This document shows, one piece after another, positions 8,320 through 17,620 of a stretch of 64,000 nucleotides of DNA. Every line of letters starts with the position of its first letter. Position 1 is the stretch's first letter. This DNA comes from Chloroflexia bacterium (GTDB taxonomy: Bacteria > Chloroflexota > Chloroflexia > Thermomicrobiales > CADCWN01), in NCBI GenBank assembly GCA_046328475.1, contig JAXLWN010000007.1, forward strand, positions 20,001-84,000. Reading direction: 5' to 3'. The position numbers and the translations under genes are program-made. The notes under the pieces were generated by a model. That model saw only the letters and a program-made list of their open reading frames with translations. It was not told the origin of the DNA and searched no databases.

Positions 8320-8928
8320 TCATACCACATACTTCTCGACGATTGGCTCCCCTTCGGCGAACCGGGTGGGACGCAGGGCGTGGATGCCGAGGGTTGTCGA
8401 TTTGCCGTCGAGGATGTTCTCGGAGAGCAGCAGGCCGGTGGCGGGGCTGTGCTGGAAGCCGTGGCCGCTGAAGCCGGTGGCGCAGGAGAAGCCGCGCGGC
8501 TCCGGCAACGCGCCGATCAGGCCGTGCGCGTCGGGCGACATCGTGTAGAAGCCGGACCAGCCGCCGACGACCCGCGCGCTGGCGAAGGTCGGCACGCGGC
8601 GATAGGCGAGGTCGGCGCTGTGCTCGGCCCAACCCGGATCGAGGTGCTTGTCGAGGCCGCTCAGCCCCTCCTCGTCGAGGCCGAGCCGCTCGCGCGCCTC
8701 CAGGAAATAGGGGAGGCTGAGCTGCGTCATCTGCACGTTGACGGCGGTGGAACATTGCTGCCGGAAGCCGCCCGCGCCGTCGCCCGACGCCCCTTGCGCG
8801 ATGCGATTGCGCTCCAGCACTACCCCGTCGGTGCAGCCGCGCTGCGCCAGGTGATAGGCGATGCTGGTGCCGACGGCACCCGCGCCGATCACGACGACCT
8901 CGGCGCGGCGCGGAATGATCTCGGGCAT
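8320..8928 (-). CDS. FAD-dependent oxidoreductase (DAO / sarcosine-oxidase-beta-like), apparently internally deleted (202 aa)
   Basis: The N-terminal Rossmann motif VVVIGAGAVGTSIAYHLAQRG..ASGDGAGGFR is joined after ~90 aa directly to the C-terminal region GGWSGFYTMSPDAHGLIGALP..ATGFSGHGFQHSPATG. Family members are usually ~370-390 aa, so the central substrate domain appears to be missing in-frame. Confidence 0.7.
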   Translation of the reverse strand: MPEIIPRRAEVVVIGAGAVGTSIAYHLAQRGCTDGVVLERNRIAQGASGDGAGGFRQQCSTAVNVQMTQLSLPYFLEARERLGLDEEGLSGLDKHLDPGWAEHSADLAYRRVPTFASARVVGGWSGFYTMSPDAHGLIGALPEPRGFSCATGFSGHGFQHSPATGLLLSENILDGKSTTLGIHALRPTRFAEGEPIVEKYVV

Positions 8929-8951
8929 GGATTTTCTCTCCCAGATACCTC

Positions 8952-9033
8952 GTAGGGGCGCTTCGCGAAGCGCCCTGCGCCGAGCGGCAACCGCTAGCCA
9001 GAGACACCAGGGCGGTTCACGAACCGCCCCTAC
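8952..9033. repeat. 82-bp composite palindromic element (two GC hairpins; termini GTAGGGGCG...CGCCCCTAC), copy 1
   Basis: gtaggggcgcttcgcgaagcgccctgcg..ggcaaccgctagcc..ccagggcggttcacgaaccgcccctac. By hand alignment, 73/82 positions are identical to 14453..14534. Confidence 0.9.
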
Positions 9034-9051
9034 AGTAACCGTCGCCTGTGC

Positions 9052-10203
9052 CTAATCCGCTGCCTGCCGCGAGAACCGCGACACCGCGAGGAAGCCGATA
9101 TCGTGGCGCGTCTTGCCGTCGATGGCGAGGTCGGCCAGGATTTCGCCGGTGGTTGGCCCGAACTTGAAGCCACGCCCGGAGAAGCCGCAGCCGATCAGCA
9201 CCTGCGGGTATTCCGGATGGCGGTCGATGATGAAATGATCATCGCGCGAATAGGCTTCCAGGCAGGTGATCCGGCGCAGCTCGGGACCGCAGGAGCCGGG
9301 CAGGTACTTGTCGAGCACTTCGCGCAGCAGGCCGATCTCCTCCTCGCGGATGGAGCGGTCGATGGTTCGCGCGGTGGTCGTCGGACCATCGAGCAATCGG
9401 CTGCGCCCCAGCTTCAGCCCGACCCCTTCGACGCCCGGCATCCCGTAGAAATCCCCCTCCGGCACGTCGAGCAGGAAACCGGGCGCGCCGCTCTCGATTG
9501 ACCAGTGGTCGGGGCGCGTCGGCGCGAAATAGCCGTTGGTGGTGCGGATGACGCGCAGCGGCAGATTGAGGTCGCGCAGCAGTTCGGTGGCCCAGGAGCC
9601 GGTCGTGATGATCAGTTGCGCGCCGGTGTATTCCCCCTGCGCGGTCGTGACCCGCATGCACCATCACCATCCGCTGCCCAGTTGGTGACCTCTGCAGAGT
9701 GCAGGAACGTCGCGCCGAGCCGCGCGGCCACCTCAAGGTGCGCGATCACGCCCCCTTCGGCCAGCACAAAGCCTGCCGTCTGCTCGTAGGCGACGAGCAA
9801 CCCGTCGCCGTTCCAAACGCCTGGGAAACGCTGCGCAGTGCCGCCTCGTCCAGAATCTCCAGAAACCGCCCTGTTGCATCTTCTCGGCGGTGGAGACGAA
9901 GCCGGGGCGATAGTTGATATCGACGATGCGGATCTCACCGGTCATCCAGAGTAGTTGACGACCCCGCGCCTCGGAAATCTCGTCCCATAGCTCGAACGCG
10001 CGCTCCCCGAGCGGCACGTAGCCGTCGTTCTGTACCGACGAGCGGCGAATCAGCCGGTGGTAGCCATGCGACGAACCCTGGTTGTGCCCCGGCCCGAACA
10101 TGTCGATCCCGAGCACCCGCTGCCCGCGCTTCGCCAACTGATACGCCGTCGCGCTCCCCGCCGCGCCCAGCCCGACCACGATCACATCGTAGGAATCGCT
10201 CAC
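9052..10203 (-). pseudogene. Monomeric sarcosine oxidase / N-methyltryptophan oxidase-like FAD enzyme with 2-3 frameshifts
   Basis: The N-terminus (YDVIVVGLGAAGSATAYQLAKRGQRVLGIDMF..GSSHG) is in frame a. The middle (RFPGVWNGDGLLVAYEQTAGFVLAEGGVIAHLEVAARLGATFLHSAEVTNWAADGDG) is in frame b. The C-terminus (MRVTTAQGEYTGAQLIITTGSW..GCGFSGRGFKFGPTTGE) is in frame c. The pieces are colinear with the family. Confidence 0.8.
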
Positions 10204-10291
10204 GGCTCCCCACCCTTCCGACTCTGCCCAGGTGTCGTATCAATCCCCTGCATGGATTATACCCGGCACCGGGCGAGATCGCGGGCAAGCA

Positions 10292-10322
10292 ATGCGGGGC
10301 GGCCAGTGTGGCCGCCCCGCAT
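10292..10322 (-). terminator. Stem-loop (14-bp stem, 3-nt loop) downstream of the Gfo/Idh/MocA gene
   Basis: atgcggggcggcca-gtg-tggccgccccgcat. It lies 27 nt past the stop at 10349. Confidence 0.5.
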
Positions 10323-10348
10323 CTTACCCTTTGCCCCGATCTCCCCTC

Positions 10349-11371
10349 TCACCGGGCGGATACCGGACCCCGCACCTGCTCGCGGATGGCGTCGATCAGC
10401 TCCATCGTCCGCACCGCGTCGTCCAGATCGGAGGCGGGGTAGGCGGGCGGGCGGCGATCGCGCACGCACTCGAGGAAGGAGCGATCCTGGTCCCACCAGC
10501 CGTTCAGGTAGGGCTGGCGCGGGCGGTCGGCCCACTGCGGTGCGGAGGGATCGACGTGCTCGATGGCGGTGAGGTCGTGGGTGAAGGCGTCCTGGTGGAC
10601 GATGCAGCGCTGCGCCAGGCCTTCGAGATGGGCCGAGGCGCGACGCCCGTGGATCGTCAGCTTCTCGCTGCGCACCTCGCCGAGCAGGTGGTTGTGGAAG
10701 AGCGCGGTCGCCCCGCCCGCGAAGCGCACCATCGCGACAAAGCTGTCATTCTGGTGATCGAAATAGTTGTGGACGTGGGCGTAGACCTCGGTCACCTCGC
10801 CGCAGAGGTAGCGCATCAGGTCGATGCTGTGGATGACGCCCGACGTGAGCACCTTCGACAGGCCCTCCTCGGTCGCGCCCATGCCGCGCAGGATGGCCAT
10901 GTGGAAGTGGTAGAACTCGACAATGATTGTGGCGATCGGGCCGTTCGCCTCGACCATGCGCTTCGCCTGCGTCAGCAACGGCTGGAAGCGCCGGTTGACG
11001 CCGACCATGCCGAAGACCCCGGCCTGTCGGGCGGTGTCGGCCAGCTCGCGCGTCTCCGCCGTGGCCATGCCGGGCGGCTTCTCCATCAGCGTCGGGACGC
11101 GCGCGGCGAGGCAGTCGCGGGCGACCGCGAAGGTGATCGGCGGCGGGGTGAGGACGAACGCAGCATCGAGCCGCTCCCGTTCGAGCATCTGCCGGTGATC
11201 GGTGTAGGTCGTGCCGATACCGAACTGGCGGCTCACCTGCGCCACGCGCTCGCTCACCGGATCGCAGAGCACCAGTTCGACATCGCGGTAGCGGGTCAGG
11301 CAGGGGAGGTGTGCGCCCTCGGCGATGCGCCCGGTGCCGATGACGCCGACGCGAAGCTTCTCCATCGTCAC
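10349..11371 (-). CDS. Gfo/Idh/MocA family oxidoreductase
   Basis: The N-terminal Rossmann motif is LRVGVIGTGRIAEGAHLP. EKP is found in MEKPPGM. The length and C-terminal alpha/beta domain are typical. Confidence 0.85.
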   Translation of the reverse strand: MTMEKLRVGVIGTGRIAEGAHLPCLTRYRDVELVLCDPVSERVAQVSRQFGIGTTYTDHRQMLERERLDAAFVLTPPPITFAVARDCLAARVPTLMEKPPGMATAETRELADTARQAGVFGMVGVNRRFQPLLTQAKRMVEANGPIATIIVEFYHFHMAILRGMGATEEGLSKVLTSGVIHSIDLMRYLCGEVTEVYAHVHNYFDHQNDSFVAMVRFAGGATALFHNHLLGEVRSEKLTIHGRRASAHLEGLAQRCIVHQDAFTHDLTAIEHVDPSAPQWADRPRQPYLNGWWDQDRSFLECVRDRRPPAYPASDLDDAVRTMELIDAIREQVRGPVSAR

Positions 11372-11383
11372 TCCTTCACTGGT

Positions 11384-13261
11384 TCAATGGAAGGTCAACG
11401 TCGATACCGGGTGGAGATGGCACGCGAACCAGTCGTCCAGCCAGCTCGCGCGGAGCAGGCGATGGCTCGGTCGCCCCACCAGGTTCATCAAGTGGCCCTC
11501 TTCCGGGAGCCGCCCCAATCGCACCTCGCGACCGAGTGCGGCGAGCGCGGCGCATAGTTCCTCGCTCTGGCCGATCAGGCAGTTCTCATCCCGCTCGGCG
11601 TGGATGAGCAGGAGCGGCGTGCGGATGCGGTCGGCGTGGGTGACGGGCGACAGGTCGCGGAAGCGCCCCGGCTCGGTCTCCGGTGTCCCCGCCATCTCCC
11701 AGGTCCAGAATGGCCGCGCCGCCGGGTTCCCCGCGAAGAGGCTGGTCAGGTTGCTGATGCCGTTCTCGCTGACCGCTGCGGCGACGCGGTCGGTGCGCGT
11801 CAGCAGCAGGTGGGTCATGTAGCCGCCGTAGCTCACGCCGGTCACGCCCAACCGCTGCGGGTCGCCCGCGCCGTCGGCCAGCGCGGCGTCGAGCGCCTGC
11901 ATGAGATCCTGTGCGTCGCGGTCGCCCCAGGCCCCGCGAATGGCGGTGGCGAACTCCTCGCCATAGCCCTGGCTGCCGCGCGGGTTGGCGTAGAGCACGG
12001 CGTAGCCGAGCGCGGCCAACCGTTGGAATTCGAAGTAGAACCGCTCCCCGAGCGGGTAGTGCGGCCCGCCGTGAATCTGGAGGATGAGGGGCGGGAGATC
12101 GTCTCCAGTCAGCGCGAGCGGGCGGACGAGCCAGGCGTCGATCAGTTCGCCGTCATCGGCCTGGAAGGGGCGATATTCCGGGCGACTCAGGGCGACTTCG
12201 CCCAGCCAATCGGCGTTGGGCGCGACCACGAGCTGCTCGTCACGACCCCCGAGGTCAGTCGTGCAGAGAGCCCCCGGCTGCATCGCGTCGGCGACGATAA
12301 AGGCCAGGCGATCGGCGCTGGCATTCACCGTAAAGGCCAGGACCGCTCGTTCTCCCTCGACCACAACCTCGCCGCGCCCAGCGGGATCGACCCGGCCGAT
12401 CCAGCTGCACCCGCGATCGGCGAAGCAGAAGTAGAGCCAATCGCAGCCTGCAATCGCGACCCAGGCGAGATCGGGCGGCCCCATACCCTGTGGCGTGTCG
12501 GCGCGCACAGTGAGACCGATGCTGCGGTCCAGCGCGGCGGTCAGCAAGCGCGGCGACTCGCCGTCGAGTCCGACGATCCAGAGGCCGAAGTTTGCGCCCT
12601 GGGAGGTGCCCTGGTCGTGACCGATGTAGGCGATGGCGCGACTGTCGGGCGACCAGGCATGCGAGCGGATCGGTCCCTGTCCGCTCGTCAGGCAGCGCGG
12701 CGTGCCACCGGTCGCCGGGGCAATCCAGATGTCGCTATTTGAGAGGAAGGCGATGCTTTGCCCATCGGGCGACCAGGCCGGGTTCGTTGCATCGCAGTCG
12801 CCAGCGGTAAGCCGAACCGCGACGCCGCCCGCTGCGGGAATGGTCCAGAGCTGCTTGTGCGGCTGATCCGTGCCTTGATCCGGCGCGCTGAAAACCAGGT
12901 GTTCGCCAGCGGGCGACCAGACTGGGCTCGCGGCTCCCGACGGGACTCCGTCGAGGCAACGGGCCATGCCGCTCTCAACCTCAACAAGCCAGAGCCGTCG
13001 CTCGCCGGAGCGGTCGGACACAAATGCGAGGTGTCGCCCACCTGGCGACCAGCAGGGCTGCTCGTCGAATGCGCCGTCGGGGGTCGGGCTGGCGACAGGC
13101 CCGCCTCCGACGGCGACCAGGCAGACGCGCGAGACCAGCGCATCGCGGGCGCGATCCAGCCCGCCCTCGGTGTAGGCGATCGTCGTGCCATCCGGCGAGA
13201 GGCGCGGCGTATCGAGCCATTTCAGCCGGTAGAGATCGTCCGTTTCGAGCCCGCGCGCCAT
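11384..13261 (-). CDS. S9 family serine peptidase (acylaminoacyl/prolyl oligopeptidase type) with N-terminal beta-propeller
   Basis: PD(G)-repeat propeller (SPDGTTIAY, SPGGRHLAF, SPAGEHLVF, SPDGQSIAF, SPDSRAIAY). The catalytic Ser motif is GVSYGGYMT. The C-terminal D/H region is LLLIHAERDENC..EGH. Confidence 0.9.
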   Translation of the reverse strand: MARGLETDDLYRLKWLDTPRLSPDGTTIAYTEGGLDRARDALVSRVCLVAVGGGPVASPTPDGAFDEQPCWSPGGRHLAFVSDRSGERRLWLVEVESGMARCLDGVPSGAASPVWSPAGEHLVFSAPDQGTDQPHKQLWTIPAAGGVAVRLTAGDCDATNPAWSPDGQSIAFLSNSDIWIAPATGGTPRCLTSGQGPIRSHAWSPDSRAIAYIGHDQGTSQGANFGLWIVGLDGESPRLLTAALDRSIGLTVRADTPQGMGPPDLAWVAIAGCDWLYFCFADRGCSWIGRVDPAGRGEVVVEGERAVLAFTVNASADRLAFIVADAMQPGALCTTDLGGRDEQLVVAPNADWLGEVALSRPEYRPFQADDGELIDAWLVRPLALTGDDLPPLILQIHGGPHYPLGERFYFEFQRLAALGYAVLYANPRGSQGYGEEFATAIRGAWGDRDAQDLMQALDAALADGAGDPQRLGVTGVSYGGYMTHLLLTRTDRVAAAVSENGISNLTSLFAGNPAARPFWTWEMAGTPETEPGRFRDLSPVTHADRIRTPLLLIHAERDENCLIGQSEELCAALAALGREVRLGRLPEEGHLMNLVGRPSHRLLRASWLDDWFACHLHPVSTLTFH

Positions 13262-13266
13262 CGCGC

Positions 13267-14397
13267 TTAGACCTTCCCGCCCGCACCGTCGTAGGTGAGC
13301 AGCACTGTCGGCGGGCGGTCGGGGCGGTGCAGCAGGTCGTAGGCCTGCGGCGCGTCGGTGAAGGGCACCCGCGTCGGCGCGAGCGAGCTGACCTCGACCT
13401 TGCCCTCAGCGAGCAGGCGCATGAACGCGGCCTGGTTGCGGTTCTCGGTCCAGCGCACATAGCCGACCGGGTAATCGACGTTGCCCTCCTCGTAGACCGG
13501 GTCGTAGCGACCGGGACCGTAGGCGATGGCAGGGTAGAAGATTACGTCGCGGGCGTACATGCGGTCGCGGTCGATCGACATGCCGAAGAGCCCGACGCCG
13601 ACGACGACCCCGCGCTGGCGGCAGAGGTCGAACGAGAGATTCAGCGGCTCGCTCGACGGCGTGACCACCGCCAGAAAGACGCCATCGGCCCCCAGACCAT
13701 CGGTCATCTGGTCGATCGCGTCGCGCGGGTCTTCCCGCTGCGAGTTGACGGCGCGGTGCGCGCCGCGTTCGAGCGCCTGTTGCACCCGCCGGTCGTCAAT
13801 ATCGACGCCGAGCACATACATCCCGGCCTGGCGCGCGATCTGCACCGCCAGCAGCCCGAGCAGCCCGAGTCCGTGGATCACGACCGTCTCGCCGAACGAG
13901 CAGCCGGTGCGTCGCAGGCCGTTCAGCGCGATGCTGCCGAGCGTCACGAAGGCCGCCTGGTCGAGCGGCACGTTGTCCGGCACGCGCACCGTCAGGTTGC
14001 GCGGCACGGCCACGCGCTCGGCGTGGACAGCGCACTGATTCCCCGAGCAAGCGACGCGGTCACCGGGCTTGATGTCGGTCACGTCTGGGGCCACCGCCAG
14101 GACGGTGCCGGCCAGGCTGTAGCCGATTGCGGCCAGCGGAGCCTCCACGATGCGTGGCTGCGGGCCGTCCCAGCGCACGCCGTTGTTGCGCAGTTGTGGC
14201 CGGCGCTTGGCGCGCGGGCCGGGATAGGTATCGTCGCCGGTCGTCTCCGGGCTGGAGGTGCTGGAGATGATGTGCATCTCGGTGCCGCTGCTGATCGCGG
14301 AGAAGGCCGGGGCGACCAGTACCTCACCGGAACGCAACTCCGGCTCGGGAACGTCGAGGACGACCACCCGCCCCAGGGTGGCAAAGGCGCGCTTCAT
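13267..14397 (-). CDS. Zinc-type alcohol dehydrogenase-like (MDR family) oxidoreductase
   Basis: GroES-like N-domain (EVLVAPAFSAISSGTE, GDRVACSGNQCAVHAE) and Rossmann motif VVIHGLGLLGLLAVQIA. The start was chosen at MKRAFATLG (14397). The ORF-track start 14424 is the alternative. Confidence 0.8.
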   Translation of the reverse strand: MKRAFATLGRVVVLDVPEPELRSGEVLVAPAFSAISSGTEMHIISSTSSPETTGDDTYPGPRAKRRPQLRNNGVRWDGPQPRIVEAPLAAIGYSLAGTVLAVAPDVTDIKPGDRVACSGNQCAVHAERVAVPRNLTVRVPDNVPLDQAAFVTLGSIALNGLRRTGCSFGETVVIHGLGLLGLLAVQIARQAGMYVLGVDIDDRRVQQALERGAHRAVNSQREDPRDAIDQMTDGLGADGVFLAVVTPSSEPLNLSFDLCRQRGVVVGVGLFGMSIDRDRMYARDVIFYPAIAYGPGRYDPVYEEGNVDYPVGYVRWTENRNQAAFMRLLAEGKVEVSSLAPTRVPFTDAPQAYDLLHRPDRPPTVLLTYDGAGGKV

Positions 14398-14452
14398 TGC
14401 TACTCCTTTGTTCAGGCCGTACAACGCTTCGCCGCTACGCGAGACGATCCAT

Positions 14453-14534
14453 GTAGGGGCGCGTCGTGACGCGCCCTGCGACGTGTGGCAACCGCGAGCC
14501 AGGGAGACCAGGGCGGTTCACGAACCGCCCCTAC
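14453..14534. repeat. 82-bp composite palindromic element, copy 2
   Basis: gtaggggcgcgtcgtgacgcgccctgcg..ggcaaccgcgagcc..ccagggcggttcacgaaccgcccctac. The differences from copy 1 in the first hairpin are one compensatory pair (T-A to G-C) plus one loop base. Confidence 0.9.
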
Positions 14535-14566
14535 GAACGCGCGAACGCACGAAGCAACAGGGCCGG

Positions 14567-15667
14567 TCAGATATCAAGCCGCTCGCCAGAGGCCACGTCG
14601 AAGAAGTGGAGCTTCTGACGGGGGAATTCGAGCGCGACCTTGTCGCCCAGGCGCAGCCGCCGATCCGGCTCGATGCGCCCGGTGATCGCCACGGCCCCCC
14701 GGTTGACCTCGACGTAGGTGTCCGAGCCCAATGGCTCCAGCAGGCCCACCTCGCCGACCAGACCCTGCCCGCCGCCACCATCCTCGGCGGCGGTGAGCCG
14801 CACATCCTCGGCGCGAATCCCGAGCACAGCCTTCGTCGCCAGCGGCGACGCCGGGCGACCTTCGCCCGCATTCGGCCAACTCAGCCGCAGGTCGCCGGAT
14901 TGATAGTCGATCCGGTCGCCGGTCACCTTCAGGTCCCCCTCGATCGTGCTCATGCGCGGCTTGCCGATGAAGGTGGCGACGTAGAGGTGCAGGGGGCGGC
15001 GGTAAACCTCCTCGGCGGGGCCGTACTGCACGATCCGCCCGTCGCGCATGACGGCGATGTAGTCCGAGAGCATCATCGCCTCTTCCTGGTCGTGCGTGAC
15101 GAAGATGGAGGTGGCCTTGAGTTGCTGGTGGAGTTTCTTGATCTCGCTCCGCATGCGCGTGCGGAGTGCCGCGTCGAGGTTCGAGAGCGGTTCGTCGAAG
15201 AGGAAGACTTTCGGCTCCTTCACCATCGCCCGCGCCAGCGCCACGCGCTGCTGCTGCCCGCCCGAGAGCTGCGAGATGCGGCGGTCGAGCAGGTGATCGA
15301 TCTCCAGCGCGCTGGCGACCCGGCGCACGCGCGAGTCGACCTCGTTCTTGGGCCGCTTGGCAAGCTTGAGCGCGAAGGCGATGTTGCCGTAGACGTTCAT
15401 GTGCGGATAGAGGGCATAGTTCTGGAAGACCATCGCCATGCCGCGCTCGTGCGGTGCCCAGTCGGTGATCCGCTGGCCATCGAGGAAGATGTCGCCGCCC
15501 GTCGCCTGCTCCAACCCGGCGATCAGGTTGAGCGTCGTCGTCTTGCCACAGCCCGACGGGCCGAGCAGCGTCACGAACGCCCCATCGGGAATCTCGAACG
15601 AGACCTCGCGCACGGCTTGCACCAACCCGAAGCTCTTCACCACCCGTTCCAGTGCCACGCGGCCCAT
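14567..15667 (-). CDS. Sugar ABC transporter ATP-binding protein (MalK/UgpC type)
   Basis: Walker A GPSGCGKTT, signature LSGGQQQRVALAR, Walker B FLFDEPLSNLD, and a C-terminal TOBE-like regulatory domain. The start was set at MGRVALERV. The longer ORF-track N-terminus reads through the heptamer array. Confidence 0.92.
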   Translation of the reverse strand: MGRVALERVVKSFGLVQAVREVSFEIPDGAFVTLLGPSGCGKTTTLNLIAGLEQATGGDIFLDGQRITDWAPHERGMAMVFQNYALYPHMNVYGNIAFALKLAKRPKNEVDSRVRRVASALEIDHLLDRRISQLSGGQQQRVALARAMVKEPKVFLFDEPLSNLDAALRTRMRSEIKKLHQQLKATSIFVTHDQEEAMMLSDYIAVMRDGRIVQYGPAEEVYRRPLHLYVATFIGKPRMSTIEGDLKVTGDRIDYQSGDLRLSWPNAGEGRPASPLATKAVLGIRAEDVRLTAAEDGGGGQGLVGEVGLLEPLGSDTYVEVNRGAVAITGRIEPDRRLRLGDKVALEFPRQKLHFFDVASGERLDI

Positions 15668-15685
15668 TGGCTCACTCCGTTCGCA

Positions 15686-15790
15686 GTCGTGAGTCGTGAG
15701 TCGTGAGTCGTGAGAATCTCGCTTGAGGCTAGAGGCAACCAGTGTAGCCGCTAGTTCTGCCAGTCCACTCACGACTCACGACTCACGACT
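15686..15790. repeat. Inverted heptamer arrays (GTCGTGA)4 ... (CTCACGA)3 around a 54-bp core, inside the ABC operon
   Basis: Read directly. It fills the permease-ATPase intergenic gap (15668-15792). Confidence 0.92.
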
Positions 15791-15792
15791 CG

Positions 15793-16629
15793 CTAATACT
15801 TCACACCCTCGACCAGGCCGCGCACGATGTAGCGATTGAGGAGGAAGACGAGCGCGATGACCGGCACGATCGCGAGCATCCCCGTCGCGGCGACGAGCGA
15901 GTTATCGGTGTGGAACGTGCCGCCCACCAGGCCCGACAATTTGACGGTGATCGGCACCGCCGTGCGGTTCGAGAGGATCAGACCGAACAGGAACTCGTTC
16001 CAGGCCCCGATGAAGGCGAAGATCGCGGTCGCGACGACGCCGGGGGCCGAGACCGGGATGATCACGCGGAAGAGCGCCCCCAGCCGGGAGCAGCCGTCCA
16101 TGCGCGCCGCCGCCTCCAGCGAGTAGGGGATTTGCTCGAAGAAGTTCTTCAGCATCCAGATCACGTAGGGCAGCAGGAAGGTGCTGTAGACCGCGATCAG
16201 CGCGGCGTAACTGTCGAGCAGGTGCAGGTTCCGGATCAGCAGGAACATCGGGATGATCAGGATGATCGCGGGCACCATGCGCGTCGCCAGCGTGAAGACC
16301 AGGAAGATGTTCTTGCCGGGGATCCGCAGCCGCGCCAGCGGGTAGGCCGCCAGCGCCCCGAGCGTCAGGCAGACCAGCATGGTCGCGGTGGCGACGATGA
16401 ACGACGTCCGCAGCGCGCTGATGTGCGAATCATCCGCGAGCGTCTGCTGATACCAGCGCAGGCTGGTGTCGGCCAGGCGCAGGTGGGGCGGGACCGAGAT
16501 GTAGTTGATCTCGGGTTGGACGCTCATGATCGCGATCCAGGCCACCGGGGCGACCGTCCAGAAGAGGAAGAAGAGGACCAGCGCGTAGAGCACCAGCGGG
16601 CGTCCCCAGCGCGCGAACGTGCGATACAT
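15793..16629 (-). CDS. Carbohydrate ABC transporter permease (MalG/BPD_transp_1 type)
   Basis: MYRTFARWGRPLVLYALVLFF.. It has 6 TM helices and an EAA-like loop SLEAAARMDGCSRLGALFRVIIP. ATG is at 16629. The long ORF-track extension to 17190 is a frame overlap with the upstream gene. Confidence 0.9.
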   Translation of the reverse strand: MYRTFARWGRPLVLYALVLFFLFWTVAPVAWIAIMSVQPEINYISVPPHLRLADTSLRWYQQTLADDSHISALRTSFIVATATMLVCLTLGALAAYPLARLRIPGKNIFLVFTLATRMVPAIILIIPMFLLIRNLHLLDSYAALIAVYSTFLLPYVIWMLKNFFEQIPYSLEAAARMDGCSRLGALFRVIIPVSAPGVVATAIFAFIGAWNEFLFGLILSNRTAVPITVKLSGLVGGTFHTDNSLVAATGMLAIVPVIALVFLLNRYIVRGLVEGVKY

Positions 16630-16643
16630 CGCCAGTTTCCTTC

Positions 16644-17609
16644 TCAGTCCGCGCCATCGGGCGCGACCGCTGCGGCGCGCGGGCGCAGGCGGAACATCAG
16701 CCCCGTGACGAGCGCGATCAGCGACATGATCAGCAGCGCCAGCAGGACGGCCATCGCCGAGGCGCGGCCCAGGCTCAGGCGCTCGAAGGCGTTGATGTAG
16801 ACGAGGTAGCTGAGCAGCACCGTCCCCTGCCCCGGCCCGCCGCGCGTCAGCGTGAAGATCAGGTCGAAGACCTGGAGCGAGACGATCGTCTCCAGCAAGA
16901 CGGCGAAGATCAGCGTGTTCCGCAGGTGGGGGAGGATGATGTGGCGGAAGCGCGACAGCACCCCGGCCCCATCCATCTTCGCGGCGCGGTAGAGCGACTC
17001 GGGGATGCTTTGCAGCGACGCCAGCAGGATCAGGGTTACGAACGGCATCCCCTTCCAGGCTGTCGCGACGGCGGCGACCGTGATCGCCAGCGGGGCGCTC
17101 GTCAGCCACGCCTGGTAGGCCGGGATGATCCCCAGGCTGTAGAGGACCGCGTTGACCAGCCCGTAGTTGCTCTGGAAGAGGTAGCGCCACATGACGCCGT
17201 TGACCACCGGCGCGACCGCCCAGGGCAGCAGGATCAGGACGCGCACCAGCTTGCGCCCGGCGAACGCCTCGTTGAGTACCAGCGCCAGGATGAGCGAGAG
17301 CCCCACGCAGATCACCACGCTGAGTCCGGCGAAGGTCAGCGTGCGGACGATCGAGTCCCGCATGACCTGATCGTGGAGCACCCGCCCGTAGTTATCGAGC
17401 CCGATCCACCGCTGGTCCGGCGAGACCGTCAGCTCGATGCGATGGAAGCTCATCCGGATCGCGTAGACGATCGGGTAGACCAGGAAGACGAGCAGGATCA
17501 GCGCCGTCGGCAGGAGCAGCAGCAGGCCGAAGCGCGACTCATCCATGCGGTGGAAGCGCTGGGCCAGGGTCGGGCGAGCCACGCGCCGCTCGGTGGGTAG
17601 GGCCGTCAT
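16644..17609 (-). CDS. Carbohydrate ABC transporter permease (MalF type)
   Basis: MTALPTERRVARPTLAQRFHRMDESRFGLLLLLP.. The EAA loop is LYRAAKMDGAGVLSRFRHIILP. ATG is at 17609. Confidence 0.9.
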   Translation of the reverse strand: MTALPTERRVARPTLAQRFHRMDESRFGLLLLLPTALILLVFLVYPIVYAIRMSFHRIELTVSPDQRWIGLDNYGRVLHDQVMRDSIVRTLTFAGLSVVICVGLSLILALVLNEAFAGRKLVRVLILLPWAVAPVVNGVMWRYLFQSNYGLVNAVLYSLGIIPAYQAWLTSAPLAITVAAVATAWKGMPFVTLILLASLQSIPESLYRAAKMDGAGVLSRFRHIILPHLRNTLIFAVLLETIVSLQVFDLIFTLTRGGPGQGTVLLSYLVYINAFERLSLGRASAMAVLLALLIMSLIALVTGLMFRLRPRAAAVAPDGAD

Positions 17610-17620
17610 CGTCGCTCCAA

